From: Octopus vulgaris | Lineage: Eukaryota | Direction: 5' to 3' | Length of the DNA stretch: 64,000 nt | NCBI GenBank assembly: GCA_951406725.2 | Contig: OX597819.1 | Coordinates: 25,172,001 to 25,236,000, forward strand | Shown: piece after piece, positions 15,681 through 27,824 of the stretch | Numbering within the stretch: the stretch's first letter is position 1 | How the letters are laid out: the number at the start of each line of letters is the position of its first letter | Notes under the pieces: generated by a model | Seen by the model: the letters and a program-made list of their open reading frames with translations, nothing else | What the model was told of the DNA's origin: nothing | Databases searched by the model: none | Position numbers and translations under genes: made by a program

Positions 15681-15847
15681 ACTTCAACACAATCCCATTA
15701 GTATGACAGCACTGCAACTCAGAGGCTAATTATTCTACATAGACAATATATTTTGATTAACCATTGTTATTAGGATGTTTAGTCAATTTACACATATATG
15801 ATATACTTGATTTTGATTTGTTTTCTTTACTATTCTCTTTCTTGTAG

Positions 15848-16021
15848 CACATGGTGGATGGACTCCATGGTCTGCTTGGACATCCTGTTCTCAGACGTGT
15901 AATAGTGGTGTTAGATCTCGCACACGTACCTGTGGGAATCCGGCCCCACTGCATGGAGGACGTGATTGTGAGGGGTCCCCCAAGCAGGAGGAATACTGTC
16001 CTGGAAATCCACGTTGTCCTT
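15848..16021 (+). CDS. SEMA5: Semaphorin-5-like exon, TSP1 repeat 2 (THGGWTPWSAWTSCSQTCNSGVRSRTRTCGNPAPLHGGRDCEGSPKQEEYCPGNPRCP)
   Basis: tttcttgtag acceptor ending 15847, gtaagt donor at 16022, 174 nt, phase 1-1, in frame with the previous exon. The correct frame is absent from the supplied ORF track; translated by hand. Confidence 0.9.
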
Positions 16022-16075
16022 GTAAGTAAAGCACTAATCTTTTGATACTTATCTTCTTACCTTTAGGACTTTTCC

Positions 16076-16323
16076 TTTTACTTTTACTTGTTTCAGTCAT
16101 TTGACTGTGGCCATGCTGGAGCACCGCCTTTAGTCGAGCAAATCAACCCCAGGACTAATTCTTTGGAAGCCTAGTACTTGTTCTATCGGTCTCTTTTGTC
16201 AAATCACTAAGTTACGGGGGACGTAAACACACCACCATCGGTTGTCAAGTGATGCTGGGAGACAAACACAGACGCACAAACATACACACACACACACACA
16301 CACATATATACATATACATACAT

Positions 16324-16372
<49 letters not shown>

Positions 16373-16673
16373 CCTGCTTGCTTAGCCAGCAGGGGTGGCT
16401 TCATTTGAAGGCTAAAACAATGCGAAGCGCATTGTGACCAGCGATGTGTAGCAACATCTGATAGCCTGGTCGGTAACGGTGATCACGGTGATATATATAT
16501 ATATATATATATATATACGACTGGCTTCTTTCAGTTTCCATCTACCAAATCTTCACAAGGCTTTGGTTGGCCTGAGGCTATAGTAGAAGACACTTGCCCA
16601 AGGTGCCACGCAGTATGAATGAACCTGGAATCATGAGGTTGGTAAGCAAGCTACTTACCACGCAGCCACTCCT
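16076..16673 (-). mobile_element. SINE family B with a family C 3' fragment (about 16369-16491) nested in its internal microsatellite
   Basis: Family B tail starts about 55 nt downstream of the Sema5 exon donor; nested piece matches 36905-37027. Confidence 0.8.
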
Positions 16674-17083
16674 ATATATATTCCTACATGTATATGCAGG
16701 TGTTTGTGTGGGTGCAATCATAACTGTGTGGTTATGAAATCCCCACCATAGCCACATATTTTGGCTTCAGTCATACTGCACAGCACCTTAAGCATTTGTC
16801 TTTTACTGTGGCAGACCAATGCCTTGTGAATAGATTTGGTGGAAAGAAGCTTTTCAAAAGTGCTTTATCTGTGTGTGTGCGTGCGCATATGTCAGTCACA
16901 ACTTGTATGTCAGTCACAACTTGACAATAAGTGTTGGTTTGTAAGCAAAATAAACTAATAGAACAAACATCAAACTTATAATAAAGACTGGGATTGATTT
17001 CTTCAACTAAACCCTTCAAAGTAGAATTCCAACTTGGCTGCTGTCCAATGACTGAAACAAGTAAAGAATTCATATATGTATAT

Positions 17084-17244
17084 AGGCACAGGCATGGCTG
17101 TATGGTAAGTAGCTTGCTTACCAACCACATGGTTCTGGGTTCAGTCCCACTGTGTGGCACCTTGGACAAGTGTCTTCTACTATACCTTTGGTCCAACCAA
17201 AGCTTTGTGAGTGGATTTGGTAGATGGAAACTGAAAGAAACCTT

Positions 17245-17306
<62 letters not shown>

Positions 17307-17497
17307 TTCTGTGTTTGTGATTTTCCCCCCACCATCACATGACAATTGATGTTAGTGTGTTTACTTTCACCTAACTTAGCGGTTTGGCAAAAGAGACTGA
17401 TAGAATAAATACTAGGCTTATAAGTCTTGGGGTCGATTTGTTTGACGAAAGGCGGTGCTCCAACATGGCTGCAGTCAAATGACTGAAACAAATAAAA
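17084..17497 (+). mobile_element. SINE family B
   Basis: Matches the other family B copies. Confidence 0.8.
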
Positions 17498-17524
17498 AAA
17501 TATATATGGAGTGATGTATGTATA

Positions 17525-17913
17525 TTCTCTTTTACTCTTTTACTTGTTTCAGTCATTTGACTGTGGCCATGCTGGAGCACCGCCTTTAGTCGAGCAAATC
17601 GACCCCGGGACTTATTCTTTGTAAGCCCAGTACTTATTCTATTGGTCTCTTTTGCTGAACCGCTAAGTGACGGGGACGTAAACTCACCAGCATCGGTTGT
17701 CAAGCAATGCTAGAGGGACAAACACAGACACACAAACACACACACATACATATATATGACAAGCTTCTTTCAGTTTCTGTCTACCAAATACACTCACAAG
17801 GCATTGGTCGGCCCGGGGCTATAGCAGAAGGCACTTGCCCAAGATGCCACGCAGTGGGACTGAACCCGGAACCATGTGGTTGGTTAGCAAACTACTTACC
17901 ACACAGCCACTCC
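17525..17913 (-). mobile_element. SINE family B, tail-to-tail with the previous copy
   Basis: Matches the other family B copies. Confidence 0.9.
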
Positions 17914-19084
17914 AATATATGCTGAGTATAAAAAGCACTATAACTGGAGCACAACCACAGATTTACAATATAGAATATGATGAATTATGATCTCAGACTC
18001 TGGCACAAGAATGCATGGTTTTCTTTACTAATTTAAACAATATTGTTAGCCTAGTGTAGAGAGAGAGCTTATAAAATATTTTGCTCAGATTGATAATCCC
18101 TCACTAATAACTATGTATGTGCATATGTATAAATATTATCCTTTTCTTTTCCCTCTCTTTTTTTCCTCTCCCTCTCTCTGTCTCAATTTTTTATTTTTTC
18201 TCTAATTTGGCAACATGAGTGTTTTTCAATGTGTTGTTGAATCTCTTGCTACATTATTATTAACCATGGCAGGATGTCATTAGGCAAAGTTTTCAGAAAC
18301 GGTGCTGTTTGACATATATATAAGTATATATAAAACACCACCAATACACACACACACACACAAGCCTGTTTAAATGTTTGCAACAAGGTTACAATAGTCA
18401 TTGTGATTAGTGTTTTTTTGGCTTCTTCTTCCATTTCTACTAATGATGTCCTTCCATTCTTTGAGACTTGTTTGTTTCTTTACATTCAGGCGTATTCATA
18501 CCATCTCCATCATTCATTCATTCATCATCGCCCACCTCTCTTTCTCCTAAACATTTTCTCTTCCACCCACTCACATTTCTTCCATCCACCTTCTTTTCCA
18601 TATCTCCTCTCACTCACCCTCCTATTTAATCTCTTGTTCACCCTCTTTCTATCTCTCGATTTCTCTTACTTATCCTCACTCTTTCTGTTTCCCTCTCTTC
18701 TCTTTCTACCTCTCTCTTCCTTTTCTCATCTTTTGTCCTTTACTCTCATCCTCTCTCTCGCTCTCTCTCTCTCTCTCTAATATGCAAGAGCATATTAGTT
18801 TCATCATTATCTTGCCACCACACACTGCTTCATCTTTTCTTGGGTTGAACGCTTAGCAGCATTTCGTCCATCTTTACATTCTGAGTTCAAATTCTGCTGA
18901 GGTCAAATTTGTCTTTTATCCTTTCGGAGTCAATTAAATAAGTTTCAGTCGAACACTGGAGTTGTTGTAATTGGTTTAGCACATACTTCAAAATTGCTGG
19001 CCTTGTGCCAAAATTTAAAATCATTATACACCTTACAACATACACAACCCTAACACGCTCTTTACTTTCTCTTTACTTACACAG

Positions 19085-19264
19085 ATAGCCCTATCAATGG
19101 CCAGTGGTCAATGTGGTCCTCATGGGCTGGATGCTCAGAGCGATGTTATGGAGGAGTTCAAACAAGACGCCGTAACTGTGACAACCCACCGCCAAAACAC
19201 AAGGGCTTACCTTGTATTGGAAATGAACAGGAATGGCGTATGTGCAATAAACATAACTGTGATG
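19085..19264 (+). CDS. SEMA5: Semaphorin-5-like exon, TSP1 repeat 3 (YSPINGQWSMWSSWAGCSERCYGGVQTRRRNCDNPPPKHKGLPCIGNEQEWRMCNKHNCD)
   Basis: ttacacag acceptor ending 19084, gtaagt donor at 19265, 180 nt, phase 1-1, canonical TSP1 motif. Confidence 0.9.
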
Positions 19265-19886
19265 GTAAGTATAGTCCTCATCATGGCTATTATTATCTTC
19301 ATTATCATCATCATCTTTATCTATACCAACAACAAATGCAAGAAACAACTACATATTAGACTGACTTGCTAGAAGTAGCTGTTAAAATTTCCCTCAGATC
19401 AAACCCTGTTAATTATAAAGAAGTAAGAATTCAACTGACGTTGAGGTCACTGGTATTCAAAAATTATTGAATGGTGAAAGCTGAAATGCCTTGGATTTTA
19501 GGTCTACTCAGTCGAGAGGGTAACATGAGACTTAATGATGAGAACAACAACAAAGGCAGGTCACATTGCGCAATGTATCCTAGATACACTATGAAAGAAA
19601 AAAGATGGTGTGGTTAATTCCCTTATATTTGTATATAATATTCTCTTTAATTTTGCAACATATTTGATCATAATTCTACTCAATCTTCATGGGTTGATCA
19701 AATAAAGTACCAGTCAAGTATTGGGGGGGGGGATTTAATTGAGTAACCCCCTCATCCCAAAGTTCTCGCCTCATGCTTTTATAAGAAATATATTTTATTC
19801 TCTTATATTCCTTTATTGCTTTATAGCTATATCATATTCCCTCATTGCATTCCTTTATTCCTTTATAAATGTAATATTCTCTTACT

Positions 19887-20115
19887 TTAACCCTTTTGTT
19901 ACCAACCCGGCTGAAACCGGCTCTGACTTTGTAGTACAAATGTCTTGTTTTTAAAAGTTCTGAATTAAAATCTTCCACCAAACCTTTAGTCACAATTATG
20001 TTCCTAACACTAGCTGAATGATAACTAAGTTATTTTACTAAATACTTTGTTATACTTAAAATAATTGAAAGAAACACAGAGCATCTCAAAATAAATACAG
20101 TAACGAAAGGGTTAA
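19887..20115. mobile_element. piggyBac-type MITE (TTAA target, TIR ccctt(t/c)gttac)
   Basis: ttaacccttttgttac ... gtaacgaaagggttaa; second copy in opposite orientation at 38017-38238. Confidence 0.85.
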
Positions 20116-20257
20116 TTTGTTTCCACTATTCTAGTGTGTTTCTTATTCAATTTTCCTTTTTCTCTTTTATTCTATTCTCTTCTATTTCTTATTCTATATT
20201 CTCTGCTTCTATTGCATCTCTTCTCACACCAAGTCTCATCGTTTTCCGTACTTACAG

Positions 20258-20440
20258 CCAAAGTAAAAGTGGTACCATGGAGCGACTGGGTGAAGACGAA
20301 TACAACAAGAGGTGGATACTTTGAGCAGCGCTTCCGTTTTTCGTGCAGCGCACCAGTCCCGGATCGTCACATGATCCGAGCAAAGCACATGAAAAGCCAA
20401 GTGCGTTTCTGCTTAAACAATGGAGTGTGTCACAACTCAG
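20258..20440 (+). CDS. SEMA5: Semaphorin-5-like exon, atypical TSP1 repeat 4 (AKVKVVPWSDWVKTNTTRGGYFEQRFRFSCSAPVPDRHMIRAKHMKSQVRFCLNNGVCHNS)
   Basis: cttacag acceptor ending 20257, CAG|gtgagc donor at 20441, 183 nt, phase 1-1. PWxxW...GGxxEQRFRxxC is the motif of the degenerate fourth TSP1 repeat of Sema5 (human SEMA5A: PWTPW...GGHYEQRFRYTC). Confidence 0.9.
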
Positions 20441-20583
20441 GTGAGCTTCGCAATCCTGTCGACATATACACGCCCGTAGATCGAGTCCTTCGCAAGTACT
20501 GTAAGTTCAAAAGGAAACTATTCCGTAAATACTGCAACTGCCGGACACTTGGAGTCTTTCTAGTGTGTCAGAAATGTTCATAG
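20441..20583 (+). CDS. Putative read-through terminal coding extension of the Sema5 exon (GELRNPVDIYTPVDRVLRKYCKFKRKLFRKYCNCRTLGVFLVCQKCS*)
   Basis: Frame stays open for 47 codons past the donor to TAG at 20581-20583. CpG-rich exon-like composition. Repeated peptides PVD and RKYC differ only at synonymous positions. Confidence 0.55.
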
Positions 20584-21425
20584 TAGAAGTAGTAGTGGTA
20601 CACCTAGCGGTATAAGTGGAGGAAATATAAATACAGACACATAACATGCAAACAACAACAAACAAACAAACAAACAAAAAGAAAATAAGTAACAAACAAA
20701 TATATATTAATGTGATTGTGAATAACTAAGAAATTTTACATGTATACACCCACCTACATACATGCATACACACCATGCACACACATGCAAGTCCTCCTAT
20801 ACACTCACCAAGGCGTATACATTGCATTACATGTGTAAAGTGTATGGCTTGGTTTGTTATATAAATATAATTATATATACCCATGTATATATTTCTAAGA
20901 TATAATATGTCTATAAGTAACATATATATATAACATATTTATATATGTATATGTACATACACTTGTATTATCCATATATTCATATGCGTGTGTGGATATT
21001 TTGTACTATCCATATATTCATATGTGTGTGTGGATATTTTGAATTGAAGGAAAGAGAGATATTGTACTGCATGTAATTTTTTGTGTTTGCATTTTCTTCC
21101 CCACCATATACAATTTTCCCCCTTGACCCACTGGCTCTCCAGTTTTATTACATACTTGTTTGTTCACCTTTCACCACCAACACCAACAACCACCACCACC
21201 ATCGATTTTTACTATGGTTTTTAATATTTACTTCTCCTGTCAATCCTTGAAACCACCTTGACCATTTCCATCATCACTATCACCACCACCACCACCATGA
21301 CCACCACTGTATTTGTCTCATTGCTACAACCACAACCACCAACACTGTCACCTCTTATAAATATCAAAATCAAAGTTAGCTACTTTGTGGGTCTTCTATC
21401 ACTGCTTTAACAAGCATGGGAGACA

Positions 21426-21469
21426 ACTCTGGACATGTTTCTCTTTTGTTATAGGCTCATCAGCAAAGT
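21426..21469 (-). ncRNA. Minimal type I hammerhead ribozyme-like motif, helix II decayed
   Basis: - strand reads actttg CTGATGA gcctataacaaaaga GAAAC at GTC cagagt. 6-bp helix I, intact core, palindromic ACATGT helix III, GUC site. Confidence 0.65.
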
Positions 21470-23615
21470 GTAGCCAATACTGTATTTACGAAAACAATGA
21501 AAACAATATTGTTTTATTTTCTCACTGTATAATTATTTCTGGTTAACATATTTAGTGTTCTGTACATTAGATATATTAACACACTATTTTAACTGCTGTT
21601 ATTTTTCATATGGAGGCATACCTGAATTATTTATTCTCTAGACAATTATAGATGCCTTTGACATGTATCTCTACTCTTGCAACCCCAATACCCAATGTAG
21701 ACATCATAATTAAATGAAAAAAGAATAATGTAAAGGACAAAAATAAATCCAAGGATGATCAAATTTGTTTGAAAATGAAGAAAGTTGAAAAGGGGCAAAC
21801 AGTTGCATGATGGGAAGAAGTAGTGAGTAAATAAAGTATAGATGTAAACAGTAAATTCTGGTTGAATGTTTGGTAGATAGAATGATAGTCATGCGAATAG
21901 TTTTTTTTTTTGTTTTTTGTAAACTGCATGAAGTGCATATATAATAATTTATTGTTGCAATTATACTTTCTATTTTCGTTATTATTCTTGTCATTATTAC
22001 CATCCATTATTTTCATTAACACCACCATCATCAATATCATTATCATTATCTGGATTGGCAGAAATAGTTGAGCACCAGACAAAATACCTTGTATTGGGGT
22101 TCATTTTCTTATCTTGACAAGCTCAATTTTTACCCTTCATCCATCTACAACCAATGAATTTAGTGCTGTTTAAATACCGAAGTTAATTTTATTGGTTGTA
22201 TCTTCTTTTAAAATTTATAATCTTGTGTCCACGTTGAAAATTATTATTATTGAGAGAAGAAGCAACATTATCGTTCATCCTTTTAAAGCTGATAAAATAA
22301 AATACGAGCCACACATTGGGATCAATCTAATTACTATAATCTTCATCTGAATTTGTGGCTGAATATGTGCCCATTATAGAAATTAAAGTACCTGATATTT
22401 GATTTTAAGTGTTGTAATCATTATAGTAAATTACTGGGCAACCCTCTTTGCCTTGCCACAATTTTGTTAAGTCTTGTTAAAAAGGCATCCTCATTACTTG
22501 TATCATTATAAGTATTTGTCAACATTATAACGTGCTATTACTGTTGTCATCATCATTATTATCATTATTAATGATAATTTCATGCCATCTATTTCATACT
22601 TTGATATTATGTATGTATTGTATTTTGGTATGTTTATCACCACCACAACCAGTACCACCATCATCAGCATCATTATGATGGTCCCCGTTTTCCTTGTTAG
22701 TCTACTTTTAGCATGTTCTTATATTGTGTATCTTTCTACAACATAGATTATTTATGTATATACTTACTGTTTGCTGACACAGTTGGTTTTCTACTGCTTC
22801 ACTTTACATTTAAAGTACCTGTTTGGTTTAATTTTATTTAACTTTCAGGATCTAATAAAAAAAATCTGCATTTAGCATATGGATTAGTTTTTCCTTTAAC
22901 TACAATGACAACGAGACTATTAATAACTGTTTCCGATTTAGGTGCAAGGCCAGCAATTTTGAGGCAGGTGGTAGTTAGTCAATTATATCAGCCCCAGTTC
23001 TTGGCTGGTACTTCATTTTATCATTCTCAAAAGGATGAAAGACAAAGTTAACTCTGACAGGATTTCAACTCAGAATGTAAAGAACCAGAACAGATATCAC
23101 TAACTTAATGATAATAATAATAATAATAATAATAATGATGATGATGATAATTCATTATTACTACAAGGGCAACAAATGAAGATACATAATAGGATAGAGT
23201 ATATAAAGTGAAAGGGATAGGATTTACATTGAAATGGAATGAAATGAAAAATTGACTGTATGAAGGGTATAAAATCTGATAATGTCCCTGAGGAGAACCA
23301 TCACTTAGGGCCATTCAAGGAAACCCAGAGATCCAGGATTACCTTGACTATTAAGGGTAAGTGTGCTCTCCAATCTGTACTCCCTGGCATACAGATGCAT
23401 GCTGAATGTAGGTTGAGTACAGCTACAACCATAATAATAATATTAATAATATTAATAATAATGGTAATGATATTAATAATTATTCCTAATATAGGTACAA
23501 AGCCAACAATCTGGGGGAAAGGGTCAGTTGGTTAACTGACCTTGTGTTACTTCACTGACACCTTACTTTTAAGTATTGGAGTTGAGTTAATTGACTTACC
23601 CAGAAATTTTCTCTC

Positions 23616-23647
<32 letters not shown>

Positions 23648-24667
23648 GAAGATGATGTAAAATTATTGTTGTGGTAATTGCTGTGGTGTGCCGATTGTAT
23701 GACTTAGTTCCGATTTTCATTTAGAACTATTTTGTGTTGTTGGTGCTTTTTAGGGAAGCATGAAAGTCAAAACTTATCATTTTAACCTTTCCCATGAATA
23801 TATAAGGCTTGTGAAATTTATATGTAAAAAAAACAAAAAGAACAAAACAAAACAAACAAATGAAACAAAACGATTTACTTTTACTAATATTATTAATAAT
23901 AATAATAATAATAATCCTTATAATAATGATATAATGATGCTGATTTTGTGGAATCAGAAAGTAACTTATAAAATCCTATGGTATATTTAGGTGCCCCTCT
24001 TTATGCTCTGATTTGAAATTCTACCAAAATCAACTATTCCTCTCATCCTTCTTGAAGTTGATAAAATAAAATACAAGTAGTGTACTGAGTTTGGAATCCT
24101 GCCATCCAGTTTAATGCCACCACCTGATTGGATACCTTGAGCAGAATCCACTGTTACAAGCTTTGGACCCTGTCCCTGGTGTTAAGGAAACCCTATAAGC
24201 TGTGATTTGCTTTTCTTCTTTTCTCTCCCAGTCGTCTTGGAGGCTGTGAAAAATGTCATGAGTGCTCTCCTGGTGGCATATTGCTTAAGAGGTGTTTGTC
24301 TCATGATTATGATTAGAGGGTTGTGTGTTCAGTTTATGGACTGGGTATCATGTTGTGTCCTTGAGCAAAACATTTCATTTCAATTAGCTTCAGTCTAATC
24401 ATCTGAGAATGAGTTACCAGCTGAATGAATGTTGACACAACCCTCTCACCTTTCATCTGTCATGTCCTGGGTGTTCCCCTGGACCAAGAATTGAGGTACT
24501 GAGAAGGTGTCCATGTCTGCTTGTGAGTACAAAAGCAACTGTGGTACATGCTGTCTAGTCATGCTTGCTCACAAAAGACAGCTGACTGTACTTGTAATTC
24601 TTGTCTTTTACAAGGATGACTTCGTGCACATAGTCGAACCAGTCTACTTACAGCAGATTTGTAGTTC

Positions 24668-24702
<35 letters not shown>

Positions 24703-24874
24703 CTTGTGAAAATTGTTAAAATCTCATCCTTAATCATTATTTGCTGCTGCTAATGCAATTCTGTTAGGATGAGTCATTAAATTTAAGAGAGACTCTCTTG
24801 AATATGTTTTCCTTTTTAATTGCTGCTATTATAATTTTGATCATCATCATCATCATCATTATTATAATCATCAG

Positions 24875-25244
24875 TGGAGGCGCAATGGCCCAGTGGTTAG
24901 GGCAGCGGACTCGCAGTCATAGGATCGTGGTTTCGATTCCCAGACCGGGCTTTGTGAGTGTTTATTGAGCGAAAACACCTAAAGCTCCACGAGGCTCCGG
25001 CAGGGGATGGTAGTGATCCCTGCTGTACTCTTTCACCACAACTTTCTCTCACTCTTACTTCCTGTTTCTGTTGTACCTGTATTTCAAAGGGCTGGCCTTG
25101 TCACTCTCTGTGTCACGCTGAATATCCCCAAGAACTATGTTAAGGGTACACATGTCTGTAGAGTGCTCAACCACTTACACGTTAATTTCATGAGCAGGCT
25201 GTTCCATTGATTCAGATCAACCGGAACCCTTGTCGTCGTAACCG
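24875..25244 (+). mobile_element. SINE family C, tail type i
   Basis: Colinear with 15292-15680. Confidence 0.9.
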
Positions 25245-25984
25245 TTATAACCCATATTATAATCATCATCTTGTTATAGATGTCATTGCCATCAACATCT
25301 CTATCATCACCTTTACCATTGTGGTCATCATGTTTATCAAATAGTTGTCATGGATGTGCTTGTAGTGGTAGCACTAATAATTCAAGGATTTGAAATGGAT
25401 TATCTTCATTATGAGTTTTGTATTAATTGTTATTGAGATTAAAACCATTCTTACTATGTCAGGAAATTAACTCGACTATGCCAGTCCATATAAAAATATA
25501 AATCCATTATATCTATGTTACAGTTAGTCATTATTGAAAGGAGTAATAAAATAATAAGTTTATTGTTGACCCTTTTGGAATTGATTAATTAAAATACCAG
25601 CCAAATACTGACATCACATACATGTCCCTCCAAAATTTCAATCTTTGTTGTTGTTGTTGTTGTTTTTATTATTATTTCTCTGTCTTTACGTTCTAAGTTC
25701 AAATTCTGCTGAAGTCGACTTTGCTTTCATCGTTTTAGAGTTGATGTAAAAGTACCAGTTGAGCACTGGAGTTGATATAATCAAATAGTGCCCCACCCCC
25801 ATCCCCAATTCAGGCCTTGTGCCTATAGCATAAAAGATTATTATTATTATTATTATTATTATTTGATGAAAACTCTCAGTTTATTTTGTTGGGTACGGTA
25901 GAAAGTGTAAGCTGTCTACAGCCAACAGACTAAGGTAACACTTGTTTACTGGTCATGCTTCAAGAATCTTGAGAATTATTGCTA

Positions 25985-26051
<67 letters not shown>

Positions 26052-26540
26052 GCTGGTGAGCTGGCTACATAGTTAGCATGTTGGAAAAAATGCTCTACTT
26101 ATACTTCTTCCAGCTCTTTACATTCTGAGTTCAAATCCTGGGAAGGTTAACTTTACCTTTCATCCCTCAAAGGTTGATAGCATAAGTACCAGTCAAGTGC
26201 TGGAGTCACTGTAATCAACTCTCCCCCCCACCTCTCAAAATTGCTGGCCTTGTTTAAAAAACTAGAAAAAATTATTATCTGTCATCATGATCACTATGTG
26301 AATCACCATTATTATTACTACTTCCTCAGTTTAGTCAGTTCTCAAAGTGATAAATACCTGGCCTCCTTTAAAATATCAATGAAATTTGTCTTTAGTCTCA
26401 CTTAAAACTTTTTATTAAGCAGAAGACAAATGTGCTTTACATCCATATAATTCTTCTTTGTTTGCTACAATGAGGACAAATTTAACCTCAGAAATGGTTT
26501 TAAGCTTGAAAAGTTTTTAAGTCATCTTAGTTTTATTAAA

Positions 26541-26990
26541 CAGGCATAAGTGTGGTTGTGTGGTAAAAAGTTTGCTTCACAACCACATGGTTTTGAGCTC
26601 AGTCTCACTGTGTGGCACCTGGGGCAAGTATCTTCTACTATAGCCCTGGATCAACCAAATCCTTGTGAGTAGATTTGGTTGACAGAAACAGAAAGAAGCC
26701 TATTGTATATATAACCCATGCCAGCATGGAAGGCGGACATAAAACAATGATGATGATATGTATACATCTAAATGTGTGTGTTTGTGTTTCTCCTGCACCA
26801 CCACTACAACTGGTGTTTGTTTGTTGACACCCTTCTAATTTAATGTTTCAGAAAAAAAGAAATCAATAGAATAAGTACCAGGCTCAGAAAAAAGAAAAAA
26901 AACAAAGCCTAGGGGCAATTTTTTCAACGAAACCCTTCGAGGTAGTGCCCTAGCATGGCCACAGTCCAGTGACTGAAACTAGTAAAGTAT
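26541..26990 (+). mobile_element. Older SINE family B copy with an internal family D tail fragment
   Basis: Diverged family B head and tail; acccatgccagcatggaaggcggac...gatgatgat inside. Confidence 0.65.
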
Positions 26991-27416
26991 AATAGAGAAA
27001 AAAATGGCAATTTGTGTATGCCATTTGCAAAATGCTACAGCCACCCTCACGCTCATCTCCTATGAGAAACAATGTACATAGTTATTACTGACTAACCCTA
27101 CCCACACATAGGTCATTATAAATAGCATGGCTTGATTACTCTGTATATTTAATGGGTTAAATTGTATTGGTTACTGTGTATTATTGTGTAACTATCTTGT
27201 GAATCCGGATGTAGCTCTATTGCAACAAGTCTTAGTTATTTAATGTGGAAGCTATGATAGGAAAAAAGACTGGAATAGTTACTGTTAGTTACATTTGATA
27301 ACTAGTTAATTACTCGGTGAACTTTACTTTTAAAGCAGTATATTCTTTCATAAGACATTGCCATTGGACTTCAACAATATGACATAACTATAGATAGGTC
27401 TCTTAATTATATGACA

Positions 27417-27824
27417 TACTCTTTACTCTCTTTTACTTGTTTCAGTCATTTTGACTGCGGCCATGCTGGAGCACCGCCTTTTAGTCGAGCAAATCGACCC
27501 CGGGACTTATTCTTTGTAAGCCCAGTGCTTATTCTATCGGTTTCTTTTGCCGAACCGCTAAGTGACGGGGACGTAAACACACCAGCATCGGTTGTCAAAC
27601 ACAGACACACAAACACACACACACATATACACACACATATATATATATATACATATATACGACAGGCTTCTTTCAGTTTCTGTCTACCAAATCCACTCAC
27701 AAGGTATTGGTTGGCCCGGGGCTATAGCAGAAGACACTTGCCCAAGATGCCACGCAGTGGGACTGAATCCGGAACCATGTGGTTGGTTAGCAAGCTACTT
27801 ACCACACAGCCACTCCTGCGCCTA
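27417..27824 (-). mobile_element. SINE family B, full length
   Basis: Matches the other family B copies. Confidence 0.9.

Noticed and set aside
15851-16045. Supplied ORF MVDGLHGLLGHPV...
   Set aside because: Wrong frame; the real exon is the TSP1-encoding frame at 15848-16021.
11685-17925. Recurrent ORFs such as ...YDRLLSVSVYQIHSQG...EDTCPRCHAVGLNPEPCGW
   Set aside because: Translations of SINE family B copies.
24207-24398. Strong polypyrimidine/AG acceptor at 24231 followed by an open hydrophobic frame in phase with Sema5
   Set aside because: No TSP1 motif and the distal half resembles a decayed SINE head; cannot be supported as an exon without RNA data.
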